Of a DNA stretch of 64,000 nucleotides, positions 30,965 through 40,003 are shown piece after piece (positions within the stretch are counted from its first letter, which is position 1; each line of letters opens with the position of its first letter). A model generated the notes under the pieces. It saw nothing but the letters and a program-made list of their open reading frames with translations, ran no database searches and was not told where the DNA came from. A program made the translations under genes and the position numbers. Source of the stretch: Candidatus Latescibacterota bacterium. GTDB taxonomy: Bacteria > Latescibacterota > UBA2968 > UBA8231. Where the stretch lies: assembly GCA_963422735.1 (NCBI GenBank), contig OY730476.1:3968001-4032000 (forward strand), in the 5' to 3' direction.

Positions 30965-32068
30965 GGGCGTCTCCGAAAAGGGTGCGCTGGCTCTGGAGTT
31001 GGCCACGAATGAGGTCTTCTTTAAGTATAGGTCAACGCTGTGAAGGAAACGACAAAATCGCGCTGCTCGCGCCGGCGCATGGCAAAGCCGGCGGCAATGG
31101 AACACAGAGGATTGCCGTCCGGTGCAGCGCCTTGTTAGGGTGCATCATACGGGCCGAGAAACCGTTCGCCGTCAAAGTGGATCAAATGTGATGGAGCGTC
31201 GGCAACCCACACCTCGGTCTCCCAAGCAATTTCACCGAGGTAGCGGGCCATGACGGCGCGATTGAGAAAAGCAGTTACATAGACCAAGCCAGCCTTTGCG
31301 CCCGCAAACAATTCGGTCCGTTCGGCATGCCGTTTCCCATCAACCGGCCCATGACTGGTTACCGATTCCACCAATAGCAGCCACTTCTTCTCCAAGTAAT
31401 GCAAAAACGTCTGGCATCTTGCCGTGAGTGTCCACATTGACGCCGAGCTCGGCTAGCAGTGCTTCGTCAAAGTAGCCCCACTTATCGCCTGTGTCCCCGG
31501 CATAGACCAGCACACTGCCGGGTGCAAAGCGCGGAGTAAAATCCTCAATGATCGACCTGATCAGTCCGCTGTGCTCGCCGGGGCTGAGCGCAATTTGCTT
31601 GCCCGGCGCGGGCTGCACTGGGATGCGATTCTGTTGGCGTTCCTTTGCATAACGGGCGGTGAGAGTTCCGCGCTCGGCCAAGTAGGCCGTCAGATTGTCG
31701 CGCCATGCCAGCGTAGCAAAACTGCGAAGCAGAGTCAGCGCACTAGGCTCAATCTGATAGACGGCCATAGGGCTATTTACCGGTCGATCTGGCTTATCTG
31801 GATTGTACAGCGCAATACCGGCATTGACGAATTGGTGCATCGTCTGGCGACGCACTGTTTCGCGGGTGTTTGGCGCATAGTCCTTGTCGTAGTTTCCCGC
31901 GCCCAATCCATGATAGGCGTGATGCCCATAAGCGGAGCTTCAGCCTCGGCCCATGCCTCGCCAGGTACGAGGTTCAGCAGTGCCAGCAGGCAAAAGGCGG
32001 AACGCTCGTTTTGTTGCGCTCGTGGTAGGCCAAGGGAAACGATGATTTGCTATGCGGCCTTTAAGTAA

Positions 32069-32300
32069 CGGACTTTCCTAGAATAAGGACTGTTTAATCC
32101 GTGGTCCGTGGTCCGTGGTCCGTGGTCCGTGGTCCGTGGTCCGTGGTCCGTCCCATCCGCCGCCTTGGCGACGGGTACCCGGCGCCTGGCCTCGGAACAT
32201 CGACGCGGGGACCGCGCTGGCCCGGACGAGGGCTACGGGCAGGCCGAGTGATACCGCCTACATGAAACCGGAATCCCCAACCGTACACTAGGAAATTCTG
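32069..32300. mobile_element. MITE-like non-autonomous insertion, 232 bp
   Basis: Flanked by exact TTAAGTAA direct repeats (32061-68 and 32301-08); terminal IRs CGGACTTTCCTAGAATAAGG vs CAGAATTTCCTAGTGTACGG (15/20); excision restores the REase frame. Confidence 0.88.
32098..32151. repeat. Heptamer tandem repeat (GTGGTCC)x7 inside the MITE
   Basis: Seven perfect units at 32101-32149 plus partial flanks. Confidence 0.97.
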
Positions 32301-32321
32301 TTAAGTAATCGTTCTTATCGA

Positions 32322-33813
32322 TCATGCGGTCAGGGTTGCCAGCTTTTCATCGATCATCGCCTGCTTGAGTTCGCCTTGCTGCACAGCCCATTCGCCTAGC
32401 TCAATCAGCATATTGCGGTGTGGGTACTTCATCCGCTTGAGATCGGTTGCGTTGACCTGCGTGTGGCCGTTGAAACGTCGAAAATACTCATCGACAGCGG
32501 TGGTGTTGAGGAATACAGCCAGCCCACGGGCTAGTGCCTCGGGCAAGCCACGCTTGTTCACGTGGAATACGTTTAGGTGGTTTTCGAAACCCAGCATGGG
32601 GGCCTTGGCAAATGCGGCGGGATCAACTACGCTGGCCACGATCCGGCGCTTTTCTTTCTTCGACGAGAAGCGGCGCACCAAGCAATAAAAGCCATCGGGT
32701 AAAGCCATTTTTGGGTGTCCTTGTTGAGTTGGATGGCGTTGGGTTTCTTCGCCCCGGGTATGGGCCATGTCGTGCCGCCGCAGTGGCTAGGATACAACAG
32801 AGGCACGGTTCCTACCTCGGGCATATCGCATAGGTGCGCCTTGACCCTGAAATCGACAATGGGTCCGGTCGAAACATTGACACCGAGATCGGAGAGCAAG
32901 TGCCGAATGCGCGGGGATAGCTCAATAGCACTCTTGTCGGGCGAAGTGGGCACGTGGATGAACCGCTCCGGGTCATCGGGGAATACGATCTGATCGAAGG
33001 AGTGCTCATGGGTGGCAAAATCGGTGAAGGTGGCATCGGTTGATGTGGATACCGTTACCTCTCCCTGCCGGCCGCCGCGTTCCAGTAGGATAATGATGCT
33101 CTCCTGTAGCACATTGTCGTCCTTGAAAGCCTCGCTGCGCGACTCGAATAGGTGCAGGTGGCGGAGTGCAGATCGTTGCCGCACAAAGTCGCGGAAAGGC
33201 CGGTAATACGGCCCATTGCAGAAGCTACGCGGGATAATTGCTACAAGTTGCCCGTGGTTATCGAGCAATGATAGCGACAAGGCTACAAAGGCGGTGTACA
33301 GATTGACCGTTTCAATGCCAGCTCGTCTCAATACTGCCCGATGCTTTGAGTCGGTGCGAATCTTCTTGTAAGGGGGATTGAGGATGGCGTGGGTATATTT
33401 TGGCAGTTCTTCAGCGAAGATGCTTCCAGAAAGCCATTCAGCAGCAGCCTGTATAAAATCAGTGCTTCGAATCGTCGCGGTAAGACCTGGGTACTTCCCG
33501 TATTGTTCCAAGGTCTGAGTCAGAGATGGGCGCAGTAGTGCATCAATCTCGAAAGCATCAATTTCAACACTCATAAAGTGAAAATCACCGGAGACCCATC
33601 TATCTATCTATCTAGAAAGGCCGCAGAGAGAGAACCGCGCCCGGCGCCCGCATCGAGCAGACGGCATCTGGCACTCATCCTTTGAGCAAATAGCTTTGCC
33701 ATAAATCTAGCAATCTCGGCAGGCGTGAAAAACTGTCCTAACCGCGACTTTCTCTTTGGGTCAGCGGCGGTCTCTGGTACACTCAGTTTTGAGTGTTTAA
33801 CTTTTGCAAGCAC
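32322..33813 (-). pseudogene. BsuBI/PstI-type N6-adenine methyltransferase, disrupted
   Basis: LGQFFTP, LLDAGAGRG, NPPY, IPRSFCNGPY, STGPIVDFR, FNGHTQVNATD; broken at (TAGA)4 near 33600 and by a frameshift near 32695. Confidence 0.92.
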
Positions 33814-33839
33814 CAGTGCATCTCCTAAGATGCGCCAAC

Positions 33840-34694
33840 TTATGAGGCCGGCGCTGCGAACAAGGCCAACCAGTCGTCCAAGTTTTGGGCGACTGATTCG
33901 GGCCGGGCTTGGCTGCGGGCGATAAAGCCGGGGACGCCATCGCGGCCACTGGGCTGAGCCGGGTCGCTGTAGCGCAGGTCGAGGCTCCAGCGGATGTGAT
34001 CGGAGTGGTTGGGGATGGAGCGGTGAATGGTCTTGTGCTGGATGAGCAGCACGCCGCCGACTTTGACCGGGCAGCTAACTTGCTCGCCAAGGGGCAGGTA
34101 CTGATCGGTGATGCCTTTGAAATTGGCACTAGGGCCTAAGCCGTGCTCGTGGCCGATGAGCGGGGCGCGGTGGCTGCCGGCAATGACTTCCATGCAGCCG
34201 TTTTCAGGGGTGGCATCGACCAAGGGGATCCAAAAATTGACCATAAAGGTCTCTTCGGCGTCGGGCTGCAAATAGCCCAGGTCTTGGTGCCAAGGAACCA
34301 CGGTGGCGTCTTGGTTGGGCAATTTGGCGCGCAGGTTGAATTGCGGGTGGGCCAATATTTCGGGGCCGAGCGCGGATTCGACAATATCGAGCAGCGCCGA
34401 TTGGGTCAAAATGGCGAACATGCCCTCGGTTTTGAACTTGCCGTTGACTTGGCGCAACAGCGGGGTGGGGTCAGCCAACTGGGCATGGATGTGGACTAGG
34501 CGCTTGGCAAAGGGCAGGTCCGCGTGCAGCTCGGACAGTTCGCCAGCAGCGTGGGCCTGCTGGGCAGCGGTATCGACAATGGCGTTGATTTCGGCGATGA
34601 GGCCGGAGAAGACAGCGGGGTTGAGGACGTCCTCGACGAGGAGGTAGCCTTGGGTGCGGTAGAAGTCGAGTTGGTCGGGAGTAAGGCCGCTCAT
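33840..34694 (-). CDS. Phytanoyl-CoA dioxygenase (PhyH) family protein
   Basis: WHQD, ENGCM, GSH, HRS, RWSLDLRY; start at ATG 34694. Confidence 0.92.
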   Translation of the reverse strand: MSGLTPDQLDFYRTQGYLLVEDVLNPAVFSGLIAEINAIVDTAAQQAHAAGELSELHADLPFAKRLVHIHAQLADPTPLLRQVNGKFKTEGMFAILTQSALLDIVESALGPEILAHPQFNLRAKLPNQDATVVPWHQDLGYLQPDAEETFMVNFWIPLVDATPENGCMEVIAGSHRAPLIGHEHGLGPSANFKGITDQYLPLGEQVSCPVKVGGVLLIQHKTIHRSIPNHSDHIRWSLDLRYSDPAQPSGRDGVPGFIARSQARPESVAQNLDDWLALFAAPAS

Positions 34695-34771
34695 AGGGGT
34701 CGTCCTTTTGTTGGGGGCTAGTTGGGGTTTGGCTATTGCCTTCGCTCTGGCCATCGCCCTGGGCCGGAGGA

Positions 34772-35022
34772 TCACCGTCGCTATTCCACCGCGATGTCCG
34801 CAACGCTTTTCTGACCGGGCTTGACATGCACGGGGCACGTGGCACCTCCCGGCTTGCCTCTGTTCCGGCATTTGCCAGCCGCTCTTCCAACAAAAGGGGC
34901 GGCAGCAGCACGAGGCAGGCGATGGGCTTCCCCCTCGAAGTTACGAAGACCGTCTCTCCCCGCTGGACTTGCCGAAAGTAGCGCGACAACCTGCTCTTCA
35001 GGTCGCGTGCGGATGCGTTTAT
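34772..35022 (-). pseudogene. Phd/YefM antitoxin remnant, with only a stub of the downstream toxin
   Basis: AGGAGA RBS then ATA instead of ATG; ARDLKSRLSRYFRQVQRGETVFVTSRGKPIA; frameshifted tail KSVADIAVE*RR* overlapping GTG-ATC-CTC. Confidence 0.7.
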
Positions 35023-35205
35023 TGCGATCTCCTTGTAACTACATTTTGAGCTAAGGGTAGCCGCATTGGATTCTCGCGGCAAGCCCGGCGATCACTCGCC
35101 CGTAGCCAAGCCCACACTACCCAAGCCCATTCTTGACATTGTTCAATCGGCCGGGGAACTTGAATTCCAAGTTGATCCCTTTGACATTCTCGACTAGGAA
35201 AGACG

Positions 35206-37731
35206 ATGCATAGATATGCCGCGGTGCTGGCTGCCGCTCTCCTCATCTCCAAGGCAGCCGCAGCCGGAGCCGATGAACAACCCTCCCGTACCGACACCAG
35301 CGAGGCCCAGATGCAGTTTTGGATGGCGCACCCCCAGCGCACCGCCCGCGCCGTGCGGGCTGAGGTGCCGCCGCGTCTCGACGGCGTCATCGACGACGAA
35401 ATCTGGCTGCGCGCCCCTCTGCACGAGGGGTTCACGCAGAACGACCCGGACAACGGCGAGCCTTCGACGCAACGCACCACCTTTCAGGTGGCCTACGACG
35501 ACGATGCGCTCTACATCGCCGGCATCTGCTACGACACCCGCCCCGACAGCATCACCGCGCGTCTGGCGCGGCGCGACGAATGGCGTGAGCGCGACCTGCT
35601 CGAGATCAACCTCGACCCCCACCACGACCATCAGACGGGCGTGTACTTCACCGTGGGTCCCTCCGGCTGGATCGAGGACGGGATCATCTACAACGACGAC
35701 GACTTCGACGATAGCTGGGACAGCGTGGCCGAGGTAAAGACGGCTCGACGCGCTGACGGCTGGAGCCTAGAGCTGAAGATCCCTTACCACGTCCTGCGCT
35801 TCGGCGAAAAGGAGAGCTACACTTGGGGGATCAACGTCTCTCGCAAGATCTCCCGCCGCGCCGAGTGGTCGCAGTGGAGCTTTACCCCCCGAGGAGTTAG
35901 TGGCTACGTCTCTCGCTTCGGTCATCTCGAGGGGATCGAAGGCATCCGGCCGCAGCGCAGCCTCGAGATATTTCCCTTCGCCTTGGGCCGCAGCACCCTA
36001 TCGACAGGGGACGGCGGCAGCGAGCACGACCTGTTCTCCTCGACCGGCCTCGACTTGCGCTACGGCCTGTCGTCGAATATCTCCCTCAACGCCACCATCA
36101 ACCCGGACTTCGGCCAGATCGAGGCCGATCCGGCCGTGCTCAATCTGGGTGTTTTCGAGACCTTTTTCCGCGAGCGCCGACCCTTCTTTCTGGAGGGTAT
36201 CCAGATATTCGAGTCGCCAGAGCCGAACATCGTCGGGATCCGCCGGCCCTCGCGCCTGTTCCACTCGCGGCGCATTGGCCGCCCGCCTTCGCGCTTTGAC
36301 CTGCCCGAAGACAGCGAGGAGGTGGACCGTCCCCACAACACCACGATCCTCGGTGCCGTTAAGGTCTCGGGAAAGACCGCGAAACGCACGGCCTTTGGCC
36401 TGCTCAACGCCGTCACCGGCCGGGAGGAAGCACTCATTGACCAGCGCATTGTTAGCACCGAGACAGGCCGCGTTGATACGGTGCGCCGCGATGTCGAGAT
36501 TGAGCCGATCACCAACTACTTTATCGGTCGCGTACAACAGGATCTGCTCACCAACTCCACCGCCGGAGCCCAGCTCACCGCGGTCAACGGCCGCGGCTTG
36601 GACCCAGCCTACGTCGGCGCTGGAGACCTGCACGTGAAGTGGTGGGAGAACGCCTACCGCCTCTATAGCCGGCTCGCCGTCAGCCGCGCTGGGCAGGAGG
36701 AGGAGCGCGGCACTGGCTGGGAGGGTGCGCTCTACTTTCAGAAGACGGGCGGTGCCTTCGGCGGCCAAGCGTACGTGGACGCGCAATCGCCCGAATTCCA
36801 AGCCAACGACCTAGGCTTCATGCGGCGCAACGACCGCATCCAAGCCGGTGCCCACATCTATCACGAGAAGCTCGACCCCTATTGGTTCGCCCGCCGCTCC
36901 GGGTTTAACCTCAATGTCTGGAACCACTGGAACTTCGCCGGTGAGAGGCTGTCCGAGGGCGTCAACTTCAACACCTGGCACAACCTGCACAATTACTGGG
37001 GATTCTGGATGGGCCTCAGCCACAACTTCGCTGCCTTCGACGACCTAGCCACTCGCGGCGGACCGCTGATGCGCTCGCCCGCCCACACTTGGTTTGGCAT
37101 GGACGTGTGGACCGACGACCGCAAGCCCATCAGTGCCTGGCTCGGCTGGAACGTCAGCGGGAGCCGGGGGGGCGACAACCTCGGATCTTGGGTCGGCTTT
37201 GAGATCGAGCTGCGGCCCGTCTCCCAGCTCGAGTTGGAAATTGAGCCGGGCTACAACTTCAACCGCAACTTCGCCCAGTGGGTGGATAACGAGGACGAGG
37301 ATGGCGACGGCGAGGACGACCGCTTCATCTTCGGCGAGCTTGAAAGCCGCGTCTTCGAGCTCGGCGTGCGCGGCACCTGGGCTTTCACCCCTAGCCTGAG
37401 CCTGCAGCTATTCGCGCAGCCCTTCGTGACAACCGGCGACTACGGTGCTATCAAGGAATTGGCGCGCCCGCGGTCCTACGAGTTTTCTCCCTACGCCGGC
37501 CTTGAGGAAAACCCCGACTTCCGCCGCCGCGCACTGCGCTCCAACGTAGTGCTGCGCTGGGAGTACCGGCCCGGCAGTACGCTCTTCGTCGTCTGGCAGC
37601 AGAGCCGGGACCGCGCCTTCGACGACGTTCGCGACCCCAAGTTCCGCCCGGCCGGCGACTTGGGCCGCGCCTTCGCCGATGATGGCGACAATATCTTTTT
37701 AATCAAGCTCAACCGCTGGTTCGGGCTGTAG
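35206..37731 (+). CDS. Secreted/outer-membrane DUF5916 protein with an N-terminal CBM9-like domain
   Basis: Signal peptide; PRLDG, YDDDALY, WSLELKIP, NPDFGQIEAD, ERRPFFLEG, RWEYRPGS. Confidence 0.88.
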   Translation: MHRYAAVLAAALLISKAAAAGADEQPSRTDTSEAQMQFWMAHPQRTARAVRAEVPPRLDGVIDDEIWLRAPLHEGFTQNDPDNGEPSTQRTTFQVAYDDDALYIAGICYDTRPDSITARLARRDEWRERDLLEINLDPHHDHQTGVYFTVGPSGWIEDGIIYNDDDFDDSWDSVAEVKTARRADGWSLELKIPYHVLRFGEKESYTWGINVSRKISRRAEWSQWSFTPRGVSGYVSRFGHLEGIEGIRPQRSLEIFPFALGRSTLSTGDGGSEHDLFSSTGLDLRYGLSSNISLNATINPDFGQIEADPAVLNLGVFETFFRERRPFFLEGIQIFESPEPNIVGIRRPSRLFHSRRIGRPPSRFDLPEDSEEVDRPHNTTILGAVKVSGKTAKRTAFGLLNAVTGREEALIDQRIVSTETGRVDTVRRDVEIEPITNYFIGRVQQDLLTNSTAGAQLTAVNGRGLDPAYVGAGDLHVKWWENAYRLYSRLAVSRAGQEEERGTGWEGALYFQKTGGAFGGQAYVDAQSPEFQANDLGFMRRNDRIQAGAHIYHEKLDPYWFARRSGFNLNVWNHWNFAGERLSEGVNFNTWHNLHNYWGFWMGLSHNFAAFDDLATRGGPLMRSPAHTWFGMDVWTDDRKPISAWLGWNVSGSRGGDNLGSWVGFEIELRPVSQLELEIEPGYNFNRNFAQWVDNEDEDGDGEDDRFIFGELESRVFELGVRGTWAFTPSLSLQLFAQPFVTTGDYGAIKELARPRSYEFSPYAGLEENPDFRRRALRSNVVLRWEYRPGSTLFVVWQQSRDRAFDDVRDPKFRPAGDLGRAFADDGDNIFLIKLNRWFGL

Positions 37732-37751
37732 GAGCGGAAGGTGGTCAGATT

Positions 37752-37829
37752 ATGGCAGGGGAACGAAGCGAGGTTGGGCGATGTACACCTTTCCTCATAC
37801 GCACGAATAATAATCTGCTGGCCCCATAG
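37752..37829 (+). CDS. Candidate attenuator leader peptide 1 (25 aa, NNN)
   Basis: MAGERSEVGRCTPFLIRTNNNLLAP*; AAT x3 at 37806-37814; AAGGTGG upstream; followed by a terminator hairpin. Confidence 0.5.
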   Translation: MAGERSEVGRCTPFLIRTNNNLLAP

Positions 37830-37863
37830 CGCGTGTTCTGACGACTGACTCCAACTAAATTTT

Positions 37864-37906
37864 AAAACCCGTCGCGAACGCGCATCGCGGCAGGTTTTCT
37901 GTTTTT
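37864..37906 (+). terminator. Intrinsic terminator 1 in the aspS leader
   Basis: Stem AAAACCCGTCGCGA/TCGCGGCAGGTTTT (14 positions, one mismatch, one G-U), 7-nt loop, tail TTTTCTGTTTTT. Confidence 0.75.
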
Positions 37907-37919
37907 AGGAGCTATTGCA

Positions 37920-38012
37920 ATGACATTCCGACACAAGCACACGGCACGCACCTTTTCGCATAACGACAATGACAATAATCCCGCCATGCAGACTCGATGG
38001 CGTTGGCCGTGA
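37920..38012 (+). CDS. Attenuator leader peptide 2 (30 aa, NDNDNN)
   Basis: AGGAG RBS at 37907-11; MTFRHKHTARTFSHNDNDNNPAMQTRWRWP*; six consecutive Asn/Asp codons at 37962-37979. Confidence 0.82.
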   Translation: MTFRHKHTARTFSHNDNDNNPAMQTRWRWP

Positions 38013-38032
38013 TCGGATTCTACCTTCACCCC

Positions 38033-38071
38033 AACCCGCTGTCGCGCCTCGCGCCGATGGCGGGTTTTTTT
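38033..38071 (+). terminator. Attenuator terminator 2 upstream of aspS
   Basis: 12-bp stem AACCCGCTGTCG/CGATGGCGGGTT with a T7 tail, ending 29 nt before the aspS ATG. Confidence 0.9.
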
Positions 38072-38100
38072 ATGTCCATCTGACAACCTAGAGGCTACCC

Positions 38101-39861
38101 ATGCACCGCTATCGCACCCATACCTGTGGCGAACTCCGCAAGCACCACGCCGGCCAAACCATTCGCCTGAGCGGCTGGATCCACGGCCGCAGGGACCACG
38201 GAGGCATATTGTTCCTCGACCTGCGCGATCACTACGGCATTACCCAGCTCGTGATCTCGCCGGAGAATGACGCTGTGGCAACCGCAGCAAAGGTCCTCCG
38301 CGAGTCCGTAGTCCGCGTCGTAGGCAACGTGTGCGCCCGGTCGCCTGCGACCATCAATAGCGCGATGGAGACTGGAGAGGTGGAAATCGCCGTCCGCGAG
38401 CTAGAAGTGCTCTCGCCAGCCGCGCCGCTCCCTTTTTCCGTGGCGGAAGACTCCGAAGTAGGGGAAAGCACCCGGTTGTCCTATCGCTTCCTGGACCTGC
38501 GCCGGGCCGGGCTGCACCGCCGCATTCAGCTCCGCTCGGAAGTGATCGCCAGCATCAGACGGCGCATGACAAAGATGGGCTTTGCCGAGTTCCAGACGCC
38601 TATTCTCACCAGCAGCTCGCCCGAGGGTGCGCGAGATTACCTCGTGCCGAGTCGGTTATATCCCGGCCGGTTCTACGCGCTGCCACAGGCACCGCAGCAG
38701 TTCAAGCAGTTGCTGATGGTGTCCGGCTTCGATCGCTACTTCCAGATCGCGCCCTGCTTTCGCGACGAAGACGCCCGCGCCGACCGCTCCCCCGGCGAAT
38801 TCTATCAACTCGATCTCGAAATGGCCTTCGTCGAGCAGGAGGATGTATTGGCTGTGGTCGAGGAGCTCTTTTTCGGTCTCTTTCGAGAATTCACCGATTG
38901 GGAAGTGCCCACGCCGCCGTTCCCGCGTCTTTCCCACGCCGCCGCCATGCTGCGGTTCGGTACAGACAAACCAGACCTACGCTTCGGGCTCGAAATCCAG
39001 GACCTCTCCGAGATCTTTGCAGGCTCCTCGTTTAGGCTGTTCAGAGACATCGTCGCAGCAGGAGAGGTCGTCCGCGCCCTGTGCGTTCCCGGACTGGAGG
39101 GGCAGCCGCGCTCGTTTTTCGACAGCCTCGAAGCGTTCGTCAAAGAAGCAGGCGGCAAGGGGCTGGCGCACCTCATCAACGGAGCGCAGGCCACAGGCTC
39201 AATCGCCGCAGCTCTAGAACAGAGCGTGCGTAGCCGCATTATCGAGGAATGTGCAGCCGCTCCGGGATCAGCCATTTTCTTCATCGCCGGACCACCAGCC
39301 GAGGCAGCGGCCCTAGCGGGACGGTTGCGCCTGCATCTGGCAGACCGGCTCGATTTGCGTCGCGAGGGTTGCTATGAATTCTGCTGGGTCGTCGATTTTC
39401 CCATGTACGAATGGGACGCGGAACGCGCTTGTGCCGCCTTTTCGCACAACCCGTTCTCCATGCCGCAGGGGGGCATGACTGCTCTGGAAGGCCAGCCGCC
39501 GCTGGATATCAAGGCGTATCAGTACGACATCGTCTGCAATGGCCTCGAACTGTCGAGCGGTGCCATCCGCAATCACAGACCGGACATCATGTACAAGGCG
39601 TTTGAGATTGCCGGGCACTCGCGCCGGGAAGTGGATCGCAGGTTCGGGGGCATGATCCGCGCCTTTCGCTACGGCACTCCGCCCCATGGCGGCATCGCGC
39701 CTGGCATCGACCGCATCGTCATGCTGCTAGCGGACGAACCGAACATACGAGAAGTCATCGCCTTCCCGATGAACCAAAATGCGCAAGATCCGCTCATGGG
39801 CGCGCCGGGCGAGGTGTCGCCTGAGCAGTTGCGGGAGCTACACATCGCAATCCGGGAGTGA
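38101..39861 (+). CDS. aspS: Aspartate-tRNA ligase, probably non-discriminating (Asp/Asn)
   Basis: YRTHTCGEL, RRDHGG, PEGARDY, QIAPCFRDED, EFYQLD, HNPFSMP, PPHGGIAPGIDR. Confidence 0.97.
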   Translation: MHRYRTHTCGELRKHHAGQTIRLSGWIHGRRDHGGILFLDLRDHYGITQLVISPENDAVATAAKVLRESVVRVVGNVCARSPATINSAMETGEVEIAVRELEVLSPAAPLPFSVAEDSEVGESTRLSYRFLDLRRAGLHRRIQLRSEVIASIRRRMTKMGFAEFQTPILTSSSPEGARDYLVPSRLYPGRFYALPQAPQQFKQLLMVSGFDRYFQIAPCFRDEDARADRSPGEFYQLDLEMAFVEQEDVLAVVEELFFGLFREFTDWEVPTPPFPRLSHAAAMLRFGTDKPDLRFGLEIQDLSEIFAGSSFRLFRDIVAAGEVVRALCVPGLEGQPRSFFDSLEAFVKEAGGKGLAHLINGAQATGSIAAALEQSVRSRIIEECAAAPGSAIFFIAGPPAEAAALAGRLRLHLADRLDLRREGCYEFCWVVDFPMYEWDAERACAAFSHNPFSMPQGGMTALEGQPPLDIKAYQYDIVCNGLELSSGAIRNHRPDIMYKAFEIAGHSRREVDRRFGGMIRAFRYGTPPHGGIAPGIDRIVMLLADEPNIREVIAFPMNQNAQDPLMGAPGEVSPEQLRELHIAIRE

Positions 39862-40003
39862 AAGACGCTTTCGGGTGCTTTGGTGCGACCACTTTACTTC
39901 CTCGCGGTGATCCGCGGCGCTTTCTGGCCATTTTTATCAAGAGGGTTCTTGACGCTTTGGGTTCACAATTCTATAGATGGAATGCTACGAAAGGGGAGTA
40001 TAT

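Larger units (their letters stand above)
31135..32325 (-). pseudogene. BsuBI/PstI-family restriction endonuclease, disrupted
   Basis: ATG 32325 overlaps the MTase stop; MIDKNDYL, 232-bp insertion, KAA*QIIVSLGLPRAQQNERS; YAPNTRETVRRQ, HGKMPD, ESVTSHGP, AWETEVW; frameshifts near 31895 and 31405. Confidence 0.92.

Noticed and set aside
32098-32151. Tandem repeat as a CRISPR array
   Set aside because: 7-bp units without spacers; no cas genes in the window.
32094-32288. ORF with TTDHGPR repeats
   Set aside because: It is the translation of the heptamer array inside the MITE; there is no evidence it is coding.
37732-38100. T-box riboswitch upstream of aspS
   Set aside because: No recognisable TGGNACCGCG T-box consensus before either terminator; the leader-peptide model fits better.
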